DNA of 64,000 nt from Oikopleura dioica (Eukaryota; Animalia; Chordata), in the NCBI GenBank assembly GCA_907165135.1, contig OU015567.1, positions 12,648,001 through 12,712,000 on the forward strand, in the 5' to 3' direction. Below are positions 33,601 through 46,389 of the stretch, piece after piece. The number at the start of each line of letters is the position of its first letter. Positions within the stretch are counted from its first letter, which is position 1. The notes under the pieces were generated by a model. The model worked only from the letters and a program-made list of their open reading frames with translations, was not told where the DNA came from and searched no databases. Both the position numbers and the translations under genes were made by a program.

Positions 33601-36600
33601 CAGCTTCGATTTCGTTATCTAACCCGGGCGAGACTGCAGCCGTGTGCGGCTGGCAGCGCGCAATTTGGTGGTGTCGCCAAAAAGGGCAATTAAAATCGCT
33701 ATTTCTTGGCGTGGAGTTGGCGTTTACTGTTAGAAGCTTGCGCTCTTATCACCTATCGCTGCTTTCCCGCTGCGAGAAAGAGTAACCGCCAAGTAAAGCT
33801 GCATAAACAGCGCTGGGTTCAAGGGGTGATACTAACTCTGCTCCACCAAAAATAACACATTAGAGATGGCAAAATTTTTGATAAAAGTAAACTTGCCCAC
33901 GTTTTATTTTTCCCTTATCAGCAAAATATTTCTCAATCCTCCTTATGGATTAATCCATAAGAAATAGACCACAAACAACACCTGAGATCGTCTCTCCAAA
34001 ATTCGCGCAGTTTCTCTTGTTTTACATCTTGTAAAATGCTATAACGGGCAGCTTTCAAAATTAGGCACAGCAAAAATAGATATTCAATGTTGGTATATCT
34101 CGCGATTCCGATTGTATGTAAAACACGCGGTCTTGATTTCATGTTTTCTTGCTCCTCAGATCACGTGTGTAGATTTTTGAGTCACATTTTTCATTATTTT
34201 TTCTTTGCGAAAGATTACGATTCTGTTTTTTCATCCCGGTAATTTCAATCCACGTTTTTCATATTTGCAAAAACTTTCCCACACAAGAGTACCCCACGGT
34301 GGAGGATTATCTTGATGTCGCAAAAATGCAAATCACCCATGTTATACCCTCGCAATTAAAAACAATTCCTGAAGCACCTATCCTCCGCTTAGTGACCTGG
34401 GCTTCCGGCTCGGGCTAATCATGACGACTCATGGCGCGACCTCATTATATAACAGTGCGGGGAAGTGCCTATGCTGGAATGCCTAAATGAACTAAACCTG
34501 ACTGAAGTCATTTCCGCCCTTTCTTTTCTCCTCCCGTTCCATCGAGAAATCGCTACGGCGCCGGCGCCAACGGACTCTGCTCGGGCTTATCAGTCAATGG
34601 TACTCCTTGAGCACGGCTATCAAGTGGTCAACTCATTCCGAGAAGTGAATGGGCACCTCCACCATCGAAGAGCGATAGCGCAAAACTGATCTCCAATTTT
34701 TTGTGTGGTCATTTACCGACCCAACGCGGTTAGCCCGCCATCTTTTTGATTTCTCGTTCTTTGAAGATTAGATTTTCTAGTGGCAATTGTAATAGATTAA
34801 TTGTGAAATATTAACTCGGCCGGGGATTCGAAAAAGTGATAGAACAACAAATTATAACGTTACGTCGAGATTTGCGGATTTATTCTGCTTATCAAAAATG
34901 TATTGAATTGCTAAAACAAACTCGCAGCTAACTGTCCGTCGGATAATCCACCGACGTAGGGGCCTTATCAGCTCACTCGGCAGGAGCTTTCACTTTCGCC
35001 TCTTCACTTGAGACCCTTTTGTAATGTATTTTTCTAAAAGCTTAGCTGTCGAGAAGTCAAAATTTACCCAGACCGCGTATTACTCTAGCAGTCGAGTAAC
35101 CACTCGGGTGCGAAAACAGACACTCGTGCGCCAGCGAGTTAAGCAAACAAGCCGATAAGGACCAGCCGGTTCCTGCGCTCGTAAATGGCCGTAAATTGAG
35201 GCCAAACGTTGCCGGAACTTATTTAGAACGTAATATTTTTGTTACGGAGCTTGGAAATGCACCACGTCGCACAAAAATAAGTCTTAACCCGTTCTTATCC
35301 ACGGTGTCAAGCTGGTGAATTTGGCCGAATGCGCCGTTTCTAATCAACTTTCCCAGGGCGGAATTAAAGGTTACGTCAAAATGTGCCTAGAGTGCCAAAA
35401 CAAAGTCCAGAAAGTCTTGGGATTGTAGTTGAAATGCCTTCCTAAATATGTAATATAAATTTTTTCAGCAATATTCTGATTACGGTTGTTCTGGGTGGAG
35501 GTGGCGCCAGGAAGGGAAGCGAGATTTTTATCTTATCAGTCTTTTTTGTTGTTCAATCCTCTGGCGTCATCAGCAGTTGGTTGAAATAATGGGCAGTGGG
35601 AGTAATCTCGTCCGGATCAAAATCCCGAATAGATTCCCTATTTTGTCAAATCCGCCCGCCACCTCGTCACTGCTGACCGAGCTTGCGGGGAGCAAATGAA
35701 AATATGGCACAGTTGGGAAGGAGATCGCAGGGTTAGTGGCTCAAAATCCTGGATCATAATATTATCCTTTTGCGCGATTTTCTAGTAACCCGACTTTTAA
35801 TCTACCGTCGATGGAAATAAGTAATGGCCAGTCGTTCCATGAACCCGTGCCGCTACTATGTAAAAATGAGAAATATTTAAAAGCGGCAGCGGCAAAGTTT
35901 GGAACTTTCGGAACAAACACTCGCCCAGTAGCACTTCCTCTCTTCACTAAGAAACTTAACCCCCTGACAACGTCTAACGTAAATATTCAGCTTGCGGAGA
36001 GGACCAGTACAAGCCAAAACAAGGCAACGAAAAGTGCCTCGTCTGCCCAGCAAATTCGGCGTCTTTTGGACTTGGAGCGACCCAGTGTACTTGTCTCGAT
36101 GGATTCTACAGAGGAGAGCATGATCACGAGACTGCTCCTTGCTACGGTAAGAAAAAAACATTGATTACCCCAGATTTGATGTATTCTTCTAGGAATTCCA
36201 TCCGAGCCTCTGGCGCTAGAATACACGATTATCGACGATGTAGTTGACATCCGCTGGTCCTCGCCAACAACAGATGGTGGTCGATCCGATCTCATGTTCA
36301 GGTAACCACCTTAACACTTTCCCTACCGAACCAGCACCACGTGGTTGAGATCAGAGCTCTGGATGCCAGCCCACATACTCGCTGAGCTAATTGCGGTCGC
36401 CAAGGTGCCTCAGACGGCTATTTCGGAAAAATGTTCAATAGCATGTCCGTCGCAGAGTATTTTTGTCGACTCCGTCTTTGATTAGAAATGTCCAAATCGA
36501 AAAATAGTTGAAAGCCCAACATGCATATTTTTGAATTCGATTGTCAACTCAGAGTAGTCGCGAATTTTACCTATAGAGAGCACTTTCTTTCGGCCAATTT

Positions 36601-39600
36601 AATGAAAAAAAAACGCGGTGAACGATTTGCAATCTGCGAGCATTGGTCGTTTTGAGCTGCGTGTTTTGCGGCCCTATCGCTCCAGTTATCATCACCACTA
36701 GCAGGTTTTCTAACCATAACGCAACCTGCAACGCGCCAATATGCCAAAAGTACAAGCTGATATCCATAAGAGTATGATTTAGAAAAGCGGCGAAATCCGT
36801 ACTTTATCATGTACTTTTTCTCAACCAACGCATATCTATACCAACAAGCACGATATACCAACAGCTTCCAAAATTGGAAATAGGCTCAATTCGCTTGAAA
36901 CAGATGAAAATCGAGGAGTTAATATAAAATTTCCAGCTCCAGGAATTTCTTTAATAAAGAAGGAATGCTACGCGTCCTTCTGATTATCACTTTCCGATCA
37001 TTTTTTCAATAAGTTTGTTTTTGGAACGGGTTCAAGAACACCCGCGCTAGAATTCAGATAATAACTGTCTTTTGCTATATTTATAATCGGGAATGTATTC
37101 GGCTTCACACGCATTTACGATTTTCGGCGAAGCATATTTACGATTCAGCAGGAACAATGTACTTTTTCGTTTTTCCCAAAACTAATTCTACACCACTCAT
37201 TAGCTATTCTCTACCTTCGTTTGTGTTGATTCCGCGAAATGAGAAAAGAGCTTACGGAGGATAATGAATTTCTGGCTTTGCCAAAATCGCGGGATGACGC
37301 CTTCTAAATCAGATTTGCGGGAAAGAGAGGATGAGACGGCCTGGGAATCTGACCTCGTCGGGAAAAGCACTCTCGTGTGGTCAAGTCTTGGTCTTGTACC
37401 AGCAAGAAGGACAAGCTGGAGTCGCGCCTTGGTCAATTTCTGGTCATCGGCCAAGTCATTTTTGTCATTTTTTTTCTAGCGCGCAGCGAAAATTGATCTT
37501 TCTTTCAGATTGATGCATTTTGATCCTCTCTTGATTCTTTTGAAAATAAAGAATTTTTTGGCATGACGCCACGTGACCGTCTTTTGTCACTTAGAAGGCG
37601 CCTTGAAAAATGGAGATCTAGTTATGCACTCGCTTCTTGCGCTGCGTCTTTTGGAAACTCGATTCTCTGGACGGCGTAATAAATGATGGACAGGCTATCT
37701 TTTCCGTCATGCTCCAGTGCCAGTTATTAACACGTTGTTCTTTCAGACTCGAGTGCCAGCAGTGCGAAGAGGGATGGAGAAGCTGCCGACCCTGTGGAAA
37801 CACCGTCCAGATGCCTTCAGAGGAGATTCGCCCTAATGCGGTCCAGAACTTCGTGAAAATCCGTCAATTAACGGCAAATACTTCCTACCGCGTCAAGGTA
37901 AATAGAAAACACCAATTCTCTATTTTTCAACCCCTCCCAGTTCCCGTGATGTGTGCGAATGTAATATTTAGACACTTTCTAAAAACGCGCCATCGTAATT
38001 TAAAATTGAGGCGCGGCTAACTTACTTTTTCAGCCTCTATTTCTGGAGGCTTACCGCTCCGTAATCCTGATTATAGATCCGCAAATGCTTCCGGTCAAAC
38101 GCGGTTTCACTACGTTTTCGTTTTAAACTTTCCTTTTTTTTTTGCTCGGATGCGATACCGCAAGACGTTATTCCACACTTTGTCCGTTGCATAAAGTGCG
38201 TTGCGTTCTCAGAAAGTACTTTCTTTCCAGACTAGTTTTTTAACCTCGTTCTATTAGCTTATATGTTCCGAAAGAAGTATTTTTCCAAGGAAAGATTTAT
38301 ATTTCTCATGTACTTCAGAACTACTGAGCGCTGACTTTTCCCTTGAAAAGGGTTAAAAAGAGGATAATTTTCTGACTTGCCTATTTTTAGAAAGGAAGTT
38401 TTATGTACGTACCTATTTTTGAAAATCTGACGGAAAGAGCGGAAGCCTTCCAAACGGATAAGATTGTAAACACCGGAAGTGACCAACTATTTACTTCTGC
38501 AACATTGTAAAACCTCTCAGGTCATGAGATTACAAAGAGCTTTGCAATTAACTTTACTTTCGCCATTCACCTGCCCCTACTTTCCCAAGCTTTTATCGTA
38601 ATAGAGCAATTAATTATGAATTTCTTTTAGGTTCACGCTTTGAACGGAGTTTCTGACGTGGCTCAACAGGCGCCGAACTTTGGAGAAGTCCGATTCCGAA
38701 CTCAGTCGAGCCAGTTCCTAAACTCTGATTCCAGCGATTTCTCTTATTACAACAAGATCGTCGGCTCCGTCATCGTCACTGAAAAGGATGAAACATCTGC
38801 GCGACTAAGCTGGTCTCGACCGACCGGTGCTGTGGACCAAGTTTTCGAAATCCGACATCGTGCCAACTCCGCCCGCTGGAACATGGACACCATGCGCAGC
38901 GCGGATTACAAGCTCATTGGCTTGCTCCCGAATACCGAGTACACTGTTCAGGTAAGAACAACATTACCCTTGTCGAGCGTGCGCTTAGCCTACCCAACTA
39001 TTTTGTTAGAAGTTTTAACGATTAAAAATTAAGGCTCTCATTCCAAATATCTAAAAATTTCCCTAATTCTCTATTTTTAGGTTCGTGCAATTGTCGATGG
39101 AGAATACGGCCCCTGGTCTACAGAAGAGATATTCAGAACTACTCGATCAAATGAAGCTGTTCAACTGACAGTTACTGAAGAAGAAGAGCCTGTTAGCTGG
39201 CTGATTGTCATTGTCTTTGCTGGCCTTGGAGTTGTCACTGCCATGGCTGCAATTGTTATCTTCATAGTCCGAAGAAATTCTCGAAGATGGTCAAAAGAGT
39301 CTCGTGGTTCTTTCTGGGGAGGACAAACTTCTGGCCCCGCTGGAACAATGGATGCCACTGTTGATCTCATTCCCTGCAAAATCAATGCACCCGAGTTCTC
39401 CTACGTCGACTCAAGAACTGAGACCGCCACTTACTCTTCTTTTAATTCCTCTGGTTCCGACCCTTCTCGAGTAATTGTAGAAGCCGACATCGGCCACGAC
39501 GGCGAGTTTACTTACTCCTACGGAAAACTCAACGGTCGCGATGTCGCCATCAAAGCCAGTCCCGTCAACGTCGAATCACTCCGCCGCGAAGGCGAAGCTC

Positions 39601-40226
39601 TTGGCCAATTCGACCATCCAAATGTCCTTCGCTACGAGTCTATCAATGACAAGTACTCTCCCTACTACCTGATCACCGAGTTCTGCCAAAAGGGCGCTCT
39701 TTCTGATTTCGTCCGAACAGCCCGACCAGACTCGAAGCTCTCTACTCGAATGCTCCTTGATGTTGCTGAAGGATTGAGCTACCTCCACCACCAGAAATCC
39801 TACATCCACGGCGCAATCCAAGCGAGCAACATCATGGTCGCTGCTGATGGCACTTCTAAGGTTTCCGGCTTCGGAGACAATTCTCCTGATGCAATGCGAT
39901 ACGCCGCACCAGAATGCATCGCCAACAATCGAGTTTCAAACATTTCCTTCCACTCTGACGTCTGGGCGTTCGGAATTCTCATGTGGGAAGTCTTCTCCAA
40001 TGGTGAGCGCCCATACGCTGCTTTTGAAGATGCTGATATCGTGCCAGAACTCGCTCGTGGTCAGCGACTCCCTCGTCCAACTGGCTGCCCTGAGCCGATT
40101 TTCAACTTGATGGTCGCTTGTTGGAGCCAAAGTCCTTCCAACCGACCTCACTTCCACGAGATCGTCCAAGAACTCGACCGAGTTCTTTGTGAAATGACGA
40201 ATGTCCCTACTGGTGTTGCCGTCTAA
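21648..40226 (+). CDS. Eph: Eph-family receptor with predicted pseudokinase domain and no SAM domain (12 exons: 21648-21693, 24314-24396, 24806-24960, 25206-25296, 29903-29980, 31739-31903, 32350-32454, 35991-36146, 36193-36301, 37747-37897, 38631-38951, 39081-40226; about 868 aa)
   Basis: Signal peptide MRRLLLLAGLISA. Ligand-binding-domain motifs (YILDTS...WED...RALQICE...GAQKVFVEIKYSLRDC...GDFYLAYKDHGAC), Cys-rich region (PTMTCLSDGEW...CVCQAGYE; CLVCPANS...CTCLDGFYR), two FN3 repeats (GGRSD, GEYGPWS), TM segment and tyrosine-kinase fold. All introns are GT-AG. Exon 6 is 1 nt short (see findings). Confidence 0.92.
27926..27998 (+). tRNA. tRNA-Lys-CTT: tRNA-Lys (anticodon CTT), inside Eph intron 4
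   Basis: GCCTGGT/ATTAGGC acceptor stem, D arm GCTC-AGTCGGTA-GAGC, anticodon arm TTGGA-CTCTTAA-TCCAA, T arm GCGGG-TTCGAGC-CCCGC, and a downstream T-run terminator. Confidence 0.95.
28161..29181. mobile_element. hAT-type MITE (1021 bp) with subterminal (CAGCT)n arrays
   Basis: TIR CAGAGTTGC(G/A)AATTT at both ends. 8-bp TSD GGCAACCC (28153-28160, 29182-29189). Dozens of CAGCT/GAGCT pentamers at about 28180-28390 and 28878-29152. Confidence 0.9.
28600..28833. repeat. Pair of ~58-bp direct repeats (28600-28657, 28775-28833) inside the hAT MITE
   Basis: TGGTCTAGGGGTGTG(C/T)GAGGGCAGGGGCTCCC(C)TGTCC(G/A)TCTACTCTAGAAGGTTGAAA occurs twice. Confidence 0.85.
30352..31303. mobile_element. hAT-type foldback MITE (952 bp) with about 400-bp TIRs, in Eph intron 5
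   Basis: Starts TAGGGAAACTCGACGAAAAATGAGC and ends GCTCATTTTTCGTCGAGTTTCCCTA. 8-bp TSD ATCATGTG (30344-30351, 31304-31311). Confidence 0.95.
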
Positions 40227-40817
40227 AGAAGAGCTTCATCCAATTTCAAAAACTAACACAGGAAAAACCTTATTCAATCCTTTCATTGTGAAAAAACACC
40301 ATTCTGCCCATTATAAATTATGCTCTGAAAAAAATAATATATTTGTACATAGTCAAAAATAAACCCGTTCCATTAAAAGAATTTTTGTCTCATTCTTTAG
40401 TCAGAGTCGAATATTTATGATCCCTCCCTAAATTGAATAAATTTACGAGTACAGGAGAAGGAGAAAAGTTTAATGTTAAGCTCGCGAAATAAAATAAACC
40501 AAATCCTTGTCATGATAAAAAAAATGTGATTGGAAAAGTTGACACGCGCGACTACTCCAAAATCAGCTTGTAAACTAGTCGTGCTCCATCAGAGTTTAGA
40601 AAGGCTAACACAGTGTTTTCTTTTCTTTTACACAATTATGAGCCATTTCTCGGGAGTACTTTCGGTTGTTCAAGCTCAATTGAAAGCTAATGATCAAAAA
40701 CATTTTAGACTGGTGGTTTCAATTTATTTCATAAATGATTGTAATTTGATTCTAGTGAGATAGACGAGATAAACTTGTAGATGCTTCATTGTTTTTCAGA
40801 GGCAGGGATAAGGCAAA

Positions 40818-43800
40818 TCATCGGCCAAACATGTTTACAACGGAATTCATTTGTTGAGCAACACAAACATAGCTGAAAGAAATTGTAATCAACTATTTAC
40901 AAATCAAAAATCATTAATTACCTCGCGCCGAAATAGCCTCTGTAAACTCTTCTTCCGTTCGGCTCTCCGGTATTTTTGTCAACGCATATGCACGCGTGGC
41001 CAGAAACAGGACATTGCACCTCGTTGTAGAATCCAGCTCGGTCACAGCTCTTTGTTTCGCCAGTGCTCATTTGAGCTTCGATACATGGGCCGTTCAGAAG
41101 AGCCTCGCAATTCGGAGGAGCTCGGGCGAACAGTCCTCGAGTTCGAACTCGCGTTCCTTTTTTTGTGTTTGAGATTTTTTCAAGAAAACGACGATTTTAA
41201 AAATGAAATCATGGAAGACTATCTCAGAACCATTCCTGGAAGTTCATCTCCGATGGGCGTCACGCACCAGCAATTATTAGCGTCGCATTGTCTCGCCAAA
41301 TAAAATCCTCTTTCGTTGCATTTCGGTAGCATTGGAGCAGATGCTTGGCCTCTGTAATTGTAGAATTGACCGTATGGAGTGAGAGACGTTTTTTGGCGGA
41401 TTTCATCAATTCGTTCCGCGCAAGGGCCTGGGATGATTATTTTTTCGCGACAGTCCATTTCTGTTCTTGCGAGTTCTGGATTCCCCTGCAGCATTTTTCG
41501 GGTATTGTCTTTCTCCAGGCCGTCCTTGTCAGAGCACCAACACTCTGAAACAGTAGAAGCAACATCCTGCGAGCATTGAATTTCGCTGTAGTCACCGTTG
41601 TCCTCGCAACTTGGCAATCTCGCGGTTCCTCGCGGAAGGAGAATGTTTCTTTTGTACTCGCTCTGGCACGCTGACAGTACCTCTCCCTCTGGTTCGAAAA
41701 AGTCGCGTCCGTTGAAATTCGACTCGTACAATCCGAGGATATTTTTCGTACATTCCATTTGGTCCATTTTGTAAGCATTTCGTAGATCGAATTGAGAGCG
41801 AGTTCGAACAACTTCTAATCCATCTGGGAAAACGCACCAGCAACTTTTTTGAACTGGATTGCACTGCTTCGGTGCGTAAGTGCCATCCGGATTGCAGCTC
41901 AAATAGATCGCAGTTGTTGTTTGCCCGCCAAGACGGGAATCGATGCAGTTGAGGGACGGCTTCGTTGGAAGGACTACTGGAAGTGTTTTGGTCGTTGTCA
42001 CGGTCGTTGTTGTTGGTGGAGGAGTAGTCACTGGGGCTGGCTGACAAATTCCACATGATTTTTTGCAATTTTGCTGGAGAGTCGGATACATGCAAAAATT
42101 AACTGTTCCACCTTTGATCAGATCTGCACAGTTGACGACAACATCCACGCAAGGATCCGGAGCTTGAGTGACTTGGGGTTGAGGGGGCTGATATGAATTC
42201 ATTTGAGGGGCTTGGTAGTTGGTAACAACTGAGGCAGTTATTCCGGATTGACTGGTTTGAGGCTGGTTCATTGAAAAAGATGGCTGATTGTTCATTGGTG
42301 GCTTGTAGATTGTAGGAGGTTGCTGCTGATCAGGTGAACTGAAAACGGGTTGATTGTTGGTTGGCGGTTGAAAGATCATTGCCGCTTGCGTAGTCATAAC
42401 TGTCTGGGCAGTTGGACTTAAACTTGTTTGGACTTGGTTGGCAACAATTTGGGCGGTTATCGACGAACTCAATTTAGTTTGAGCAGTTTGATCGCACAGT
42501 CCACATGTCTTTTTACAAGCAGTTTGCATTGTCTTGACTGTCATACAATTGTCTCTTAGATTCTCACACATGTACGCGGGTTTCATCGTATCAACACAAG
42601 CTGGTTCAGAGACAACATCAGAAGTAATTTCAGTTTTAGGGGAACCATTTCTTTTCAATGGCTTGTATTCAGGCTTGTCGCAATTTCCGCAAGATTTTCG
42701 ACAGAATCCGAGAGCAAATGTCGAGTATTTTACTGGATCACATCTCTTTTTGAACACTTCTAGTTGGCACTGAGTTGGGTACAAGTCTTTACATGTCGAT
42801 TTTGGCTCTATGGCAACTGGAGCTAGAGTTGGAGCTGGCTTCTTTGGTTCAAAAAAGTCTCCACATGCATCCTTGTTTTTGCATGTAAAAGCACATGCAG
42901 TCTGCAAAGTTGGTCCGGAAATGAGGTCGTCGCATTTTTCAGCAAATTTAGTACAATCTGGCATAATATCCATGCATGTTTTGGGCTTCTCTGGTGCTTG
43001 GGTAGGTTTTAAGCAGATTGAAGAGCAGGCTTTTCCGTTGGCCCACATAAATTCGCCTTCTGGACAAACACATCCTGGCATGCATTTGCTCTCATCACAG
43101 AGCTTTTCTTCGTCTTCTTCGCCGCACTTGACTTGGCAATGAGCCTTGCATTGGCTGAAGATCATTCCGTCCGGGCACGTTATTCCGCCGCTGATTCCGG
43201 AAGACTCTCGTGTATTCGACACAATATTGTCGATGATTTCTTGGTTCTTGAGAATATTCAGATTTGCTTGTTCAATTTGAGGATTGAAATACTCGCATGT
43301 CTTTGAGCAGCTTCCGTCAGGCCTCAACCATTCGTTTGGATCTTCACAAACGCATCCGGGGACGCATCTTCTGGTGCAAAATCTTGGGTTGTAGAGTGGC
43401 TGACGGCATTGTTTTTGACAGTGACCATTGCAAGATGACCATTTTGTTCCAGGATAGCACATTGGCACATCTGTTAGAGCGGGCTGTAAGGGATCTGCGG
43501 ATAATTCAGGAGTTTCTGGGAGTTTGATATTGCTCATGTAGTTTTTCACGATGACGTTGAAATAGTTAGCAAAAATGCCATAAGATGTGCCTGAATCGAG
43601 TTGCTTGAATTCTTCAAGGGCAGTTTGAGCTTCCTCATTCCATGATATCAGGGTTGGGTAAAATGATGGAGGATAGACGGTATTTTCAGCTTCTTTAAAT
43701 TTTCTCATATAATCATTTAGCGTTCGTCTCAATTCATCAGTCCTGGCAAAGCGTTTTCGCTGCTCAGCCATTTTCTTCTCCGCTTCAGAAATATTGTCGC

Positions 43801-45032
43801 ACTGAATCATAACAGCAGCGTCCTTTTCGCATGGAATGTTGGAAGGAAGAGCCCAAGTTGACTGAGAGCAATACGAAATCTTTTCCTCATCCCCGTTGCA
43901 GAGAATCGGCGTCGCCATCATTGACGGCTCGTATTTTGGAAGAAAAACTTTCATCTGTGGCGCTTGGCGGAGAGCAGCAGAGGGACCGGCTCGATCGAAC
44001 CCAAGTTGGCGGCAAATCACCCCAGCAAGGTTTGCATCCATTTGATCTCTGCAGATGAAGCCCCATTCTCCTCGATGAAAAATGCTGACGAGTCCCTTCC
44101 TTGATTTTTTGTTTGAGTTTCTCAAACGAATAACACCTTGAAAAAATATTTCTATCAATTTCGATTGATTATATACCTTCGCTAGTGTCAGATTTGAAAC
44201 TTCCATTTTCATCCGGCTCGCACTCCATTAGATCCATATCTTCAACATAATTGAAACTAACTTTCGTCCCTCTGATTTCGTCTCCGTCTGGTGTAGAGCA
44301 CCAACAGTTTCTGTTTTCTTGGTCACATTGTTTTTTGTAAAAAGTGCCGTCCAAGTTGCAGACGGGTTTGTACTGGCCTGGAAACACTGCGCCTTGGTTT
44401 TCGATGACTTTCTGATAGGAGATGCACTCGCCGGTTGCTTCTTCGTTTGTGCACTGGATAGAAATATCTGCAAACGATGTTACTGTATGCATAAAGTTAG
44501 CAAACAAACCCTTGTTGTGGTCACATTCATCAGTTGCAGAAACCGCCCCGCAGTCCATGAGTGATTGTTCTCCACCATAGCACGTGACATCCTTTGAAAA
44601 GGTTGGATACCTATGTAAAATTTTCTAACGATTTTTCCATCGAACCTTTCCTGAACAATAATTTTCTTGTCTTCTAATTCGGTCAAGCTACCATCAAGCA
44701 AATTCGGACCGTATCTTATGGCGCGCTTGAATCCTATCTTTGAACAGACGAGATCAGCGGCTGCTTGATTGAACCCAATTGAGCAGACCGTTCCCCAGCC
44801 ACCGTTGTTGACATTGACCATGAGCACGCCCTGACCAAGTTCGGTCCCAGTTTGGCCAAAAGAAAAGTTTGCCTCGTCAACTGAGTGATGCAGCTTCATT
44901 TCCATCTTTCAAAAGTTCAAATTTTTCCTTCACTTTTCAATCTTATTTACTTTATAATTTCTGCTTATGAACCCTTAACTTTTTCTGCGCATTGGCGGAA
45001 TGCGCCAGCGCTAGAACCCCCAGCAGCTTCAT
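40818..45032 (-). CDS. Large secreted mosaic protein: SP-SRCR-TY-SRCR-TILx2-ShKTx3-Q/P/T-rich linker-ShKT-TYx4
   Basis: Signal exon MKLLGVLALAHSANA (ATG 45032). SRCR motifs GWGTVC and GEWGFIC. Thyroglobulin-1 QC...CWC repeats. TIL repeats (CYPGTKWSSCNGHC...PGCVC). ShK C...CxxTC/SCxxC repeats. A further TY exon lies at about 41156-40920 and the stop at 40818-40820. Confidence 0.88.
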
Positions 45033-45316
45033 TTCTCGAATGAAAAAAATACGAAAGGGATGAAGTTCGAGCGTACTAGAACTTTCGAAGCGAACATCGA
45101 TCCTCTCCGTGATTACGCCGCTGGTGGTGCCACGGGGCAAAGTTTATGGTCGATGTTTATGCGGGGATGAATAATTTTACTTTTCTCGGAAATCGTTCCT
45201 AAAACAATAAGAGCGGAGGCACAGCGTGTGACGTAAAGAATGTACATTTAGGACATAAGGTTGATAGACAATTTTAAAGTTTAATCAGCCATGATTTTTG
45301 AAATACCAAAAAGAAT

Positions 45317-45724
45317 TCAAGCAGACCCGCCAAAAATTCGTTTACAAAAGAAAAATGGTGCACAGATGAGAGCAAAGAGTAAGCCAAACAAAAATCCAAA
45401 AATGAACTTTGTGAAATCTTTGATGAAATGACATAAACAGCATGTTTTGGTGGCCCAGCATCGAGTGATGGGGTCATCAGTATTTGGTTCTTTTTGGGCA
45501 ATTCTTGGTTCAATTTTAACAGCATCTTTGGACTTACTGCTCGTAATATCGATGGAACAAATGGTTATTGGTTTATTCATCTGGTGTTCAGAAACTAACG
45601 ATTTACGATGTAATGGAAATGTGATTTTGTGGAAAATAATAAAGAAAAAGTACAAAAGAATACCTGAGTTAGTATCATTCAGATCGCGGTTAGAATGTGT
45701 ATCAAAAGAAACATTTTCTGTCAT
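45317..45724 (-). CDS. Small predicted tail-anchored membrane protein with a Cys cluster
   Basis: ATG at 45724, probable 69-nt GT-AG intron (45663-45595), and TKTCCLC followed by the hydrophobic FIFGFLFGLLFALICAPFFFC near the C-terminus. Confidence 0.45.
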   Translation of the reverse strand: MTENVSFDTHSNRDLNDTNSGILLYFFFIIFHKITFPLHRKSLVSEHQMNKPITICSIDITSSKSKDAVKIEPRIAQKEPNTDDPITRCWATKTCCLCHFIKDFTKFIFGFLFGLLFALICAPFFFCKRIFGGSA

Positions 45725-46389
45725 AGCTCTCAAGTTGTTTTGTTCTTTCTGACACAAAGCAATTGAACGTTACTTCTAAGATGCGGATTATTATTTATTA
45801 CCGTTATGATATCTCAAATGAGGACGTTCTGTTACTAAATTTAAGCTTATAATACCAGGAGCTCACAAGATCAGTTCACTAGAATTGATTCTTTTCATAA
45901 GATGACCAAAATTTTCATCAATACAGTAAGCGTGAGCTAAAACCACAAAATAAGTCGCGCAAACTTTTTGATATTTGCCCGGAAGACCACCACAGAAGCG
46001 GCTATTTGAATACATAGAAGACTATTGATCTCGTTTCCGACAAGTGTTCCCAAGAAAAAATGATGAGTGGCTATTCTGAGACACTGTGAGCTTAACTGGT
46101 ATTATAGAGGGGTCTGCTGTTTACATTGGTTTGGTTTAAAGCAAGGTGCTTTCCTCCTGGTGCTTAGCACCATGGAAACAGGCGCTTTCATTAGGAGCCG
46201 CTGAAGAGCTCTTTGATTGAAATGTTTAAGCCTTTTCAATGGCTGCCATGCCAATATCATCAATGAGGACAATGGCCGCGATTGTTGGGCTATCAGATAG
46301 AATTTCAGCACTCTCGCAAGCCGGCAGCAGGAAGGTGCTTTCATTAGCTTCAAATTCCAGTTAGAGACAAGAACTCAAAAAACAGCAAA

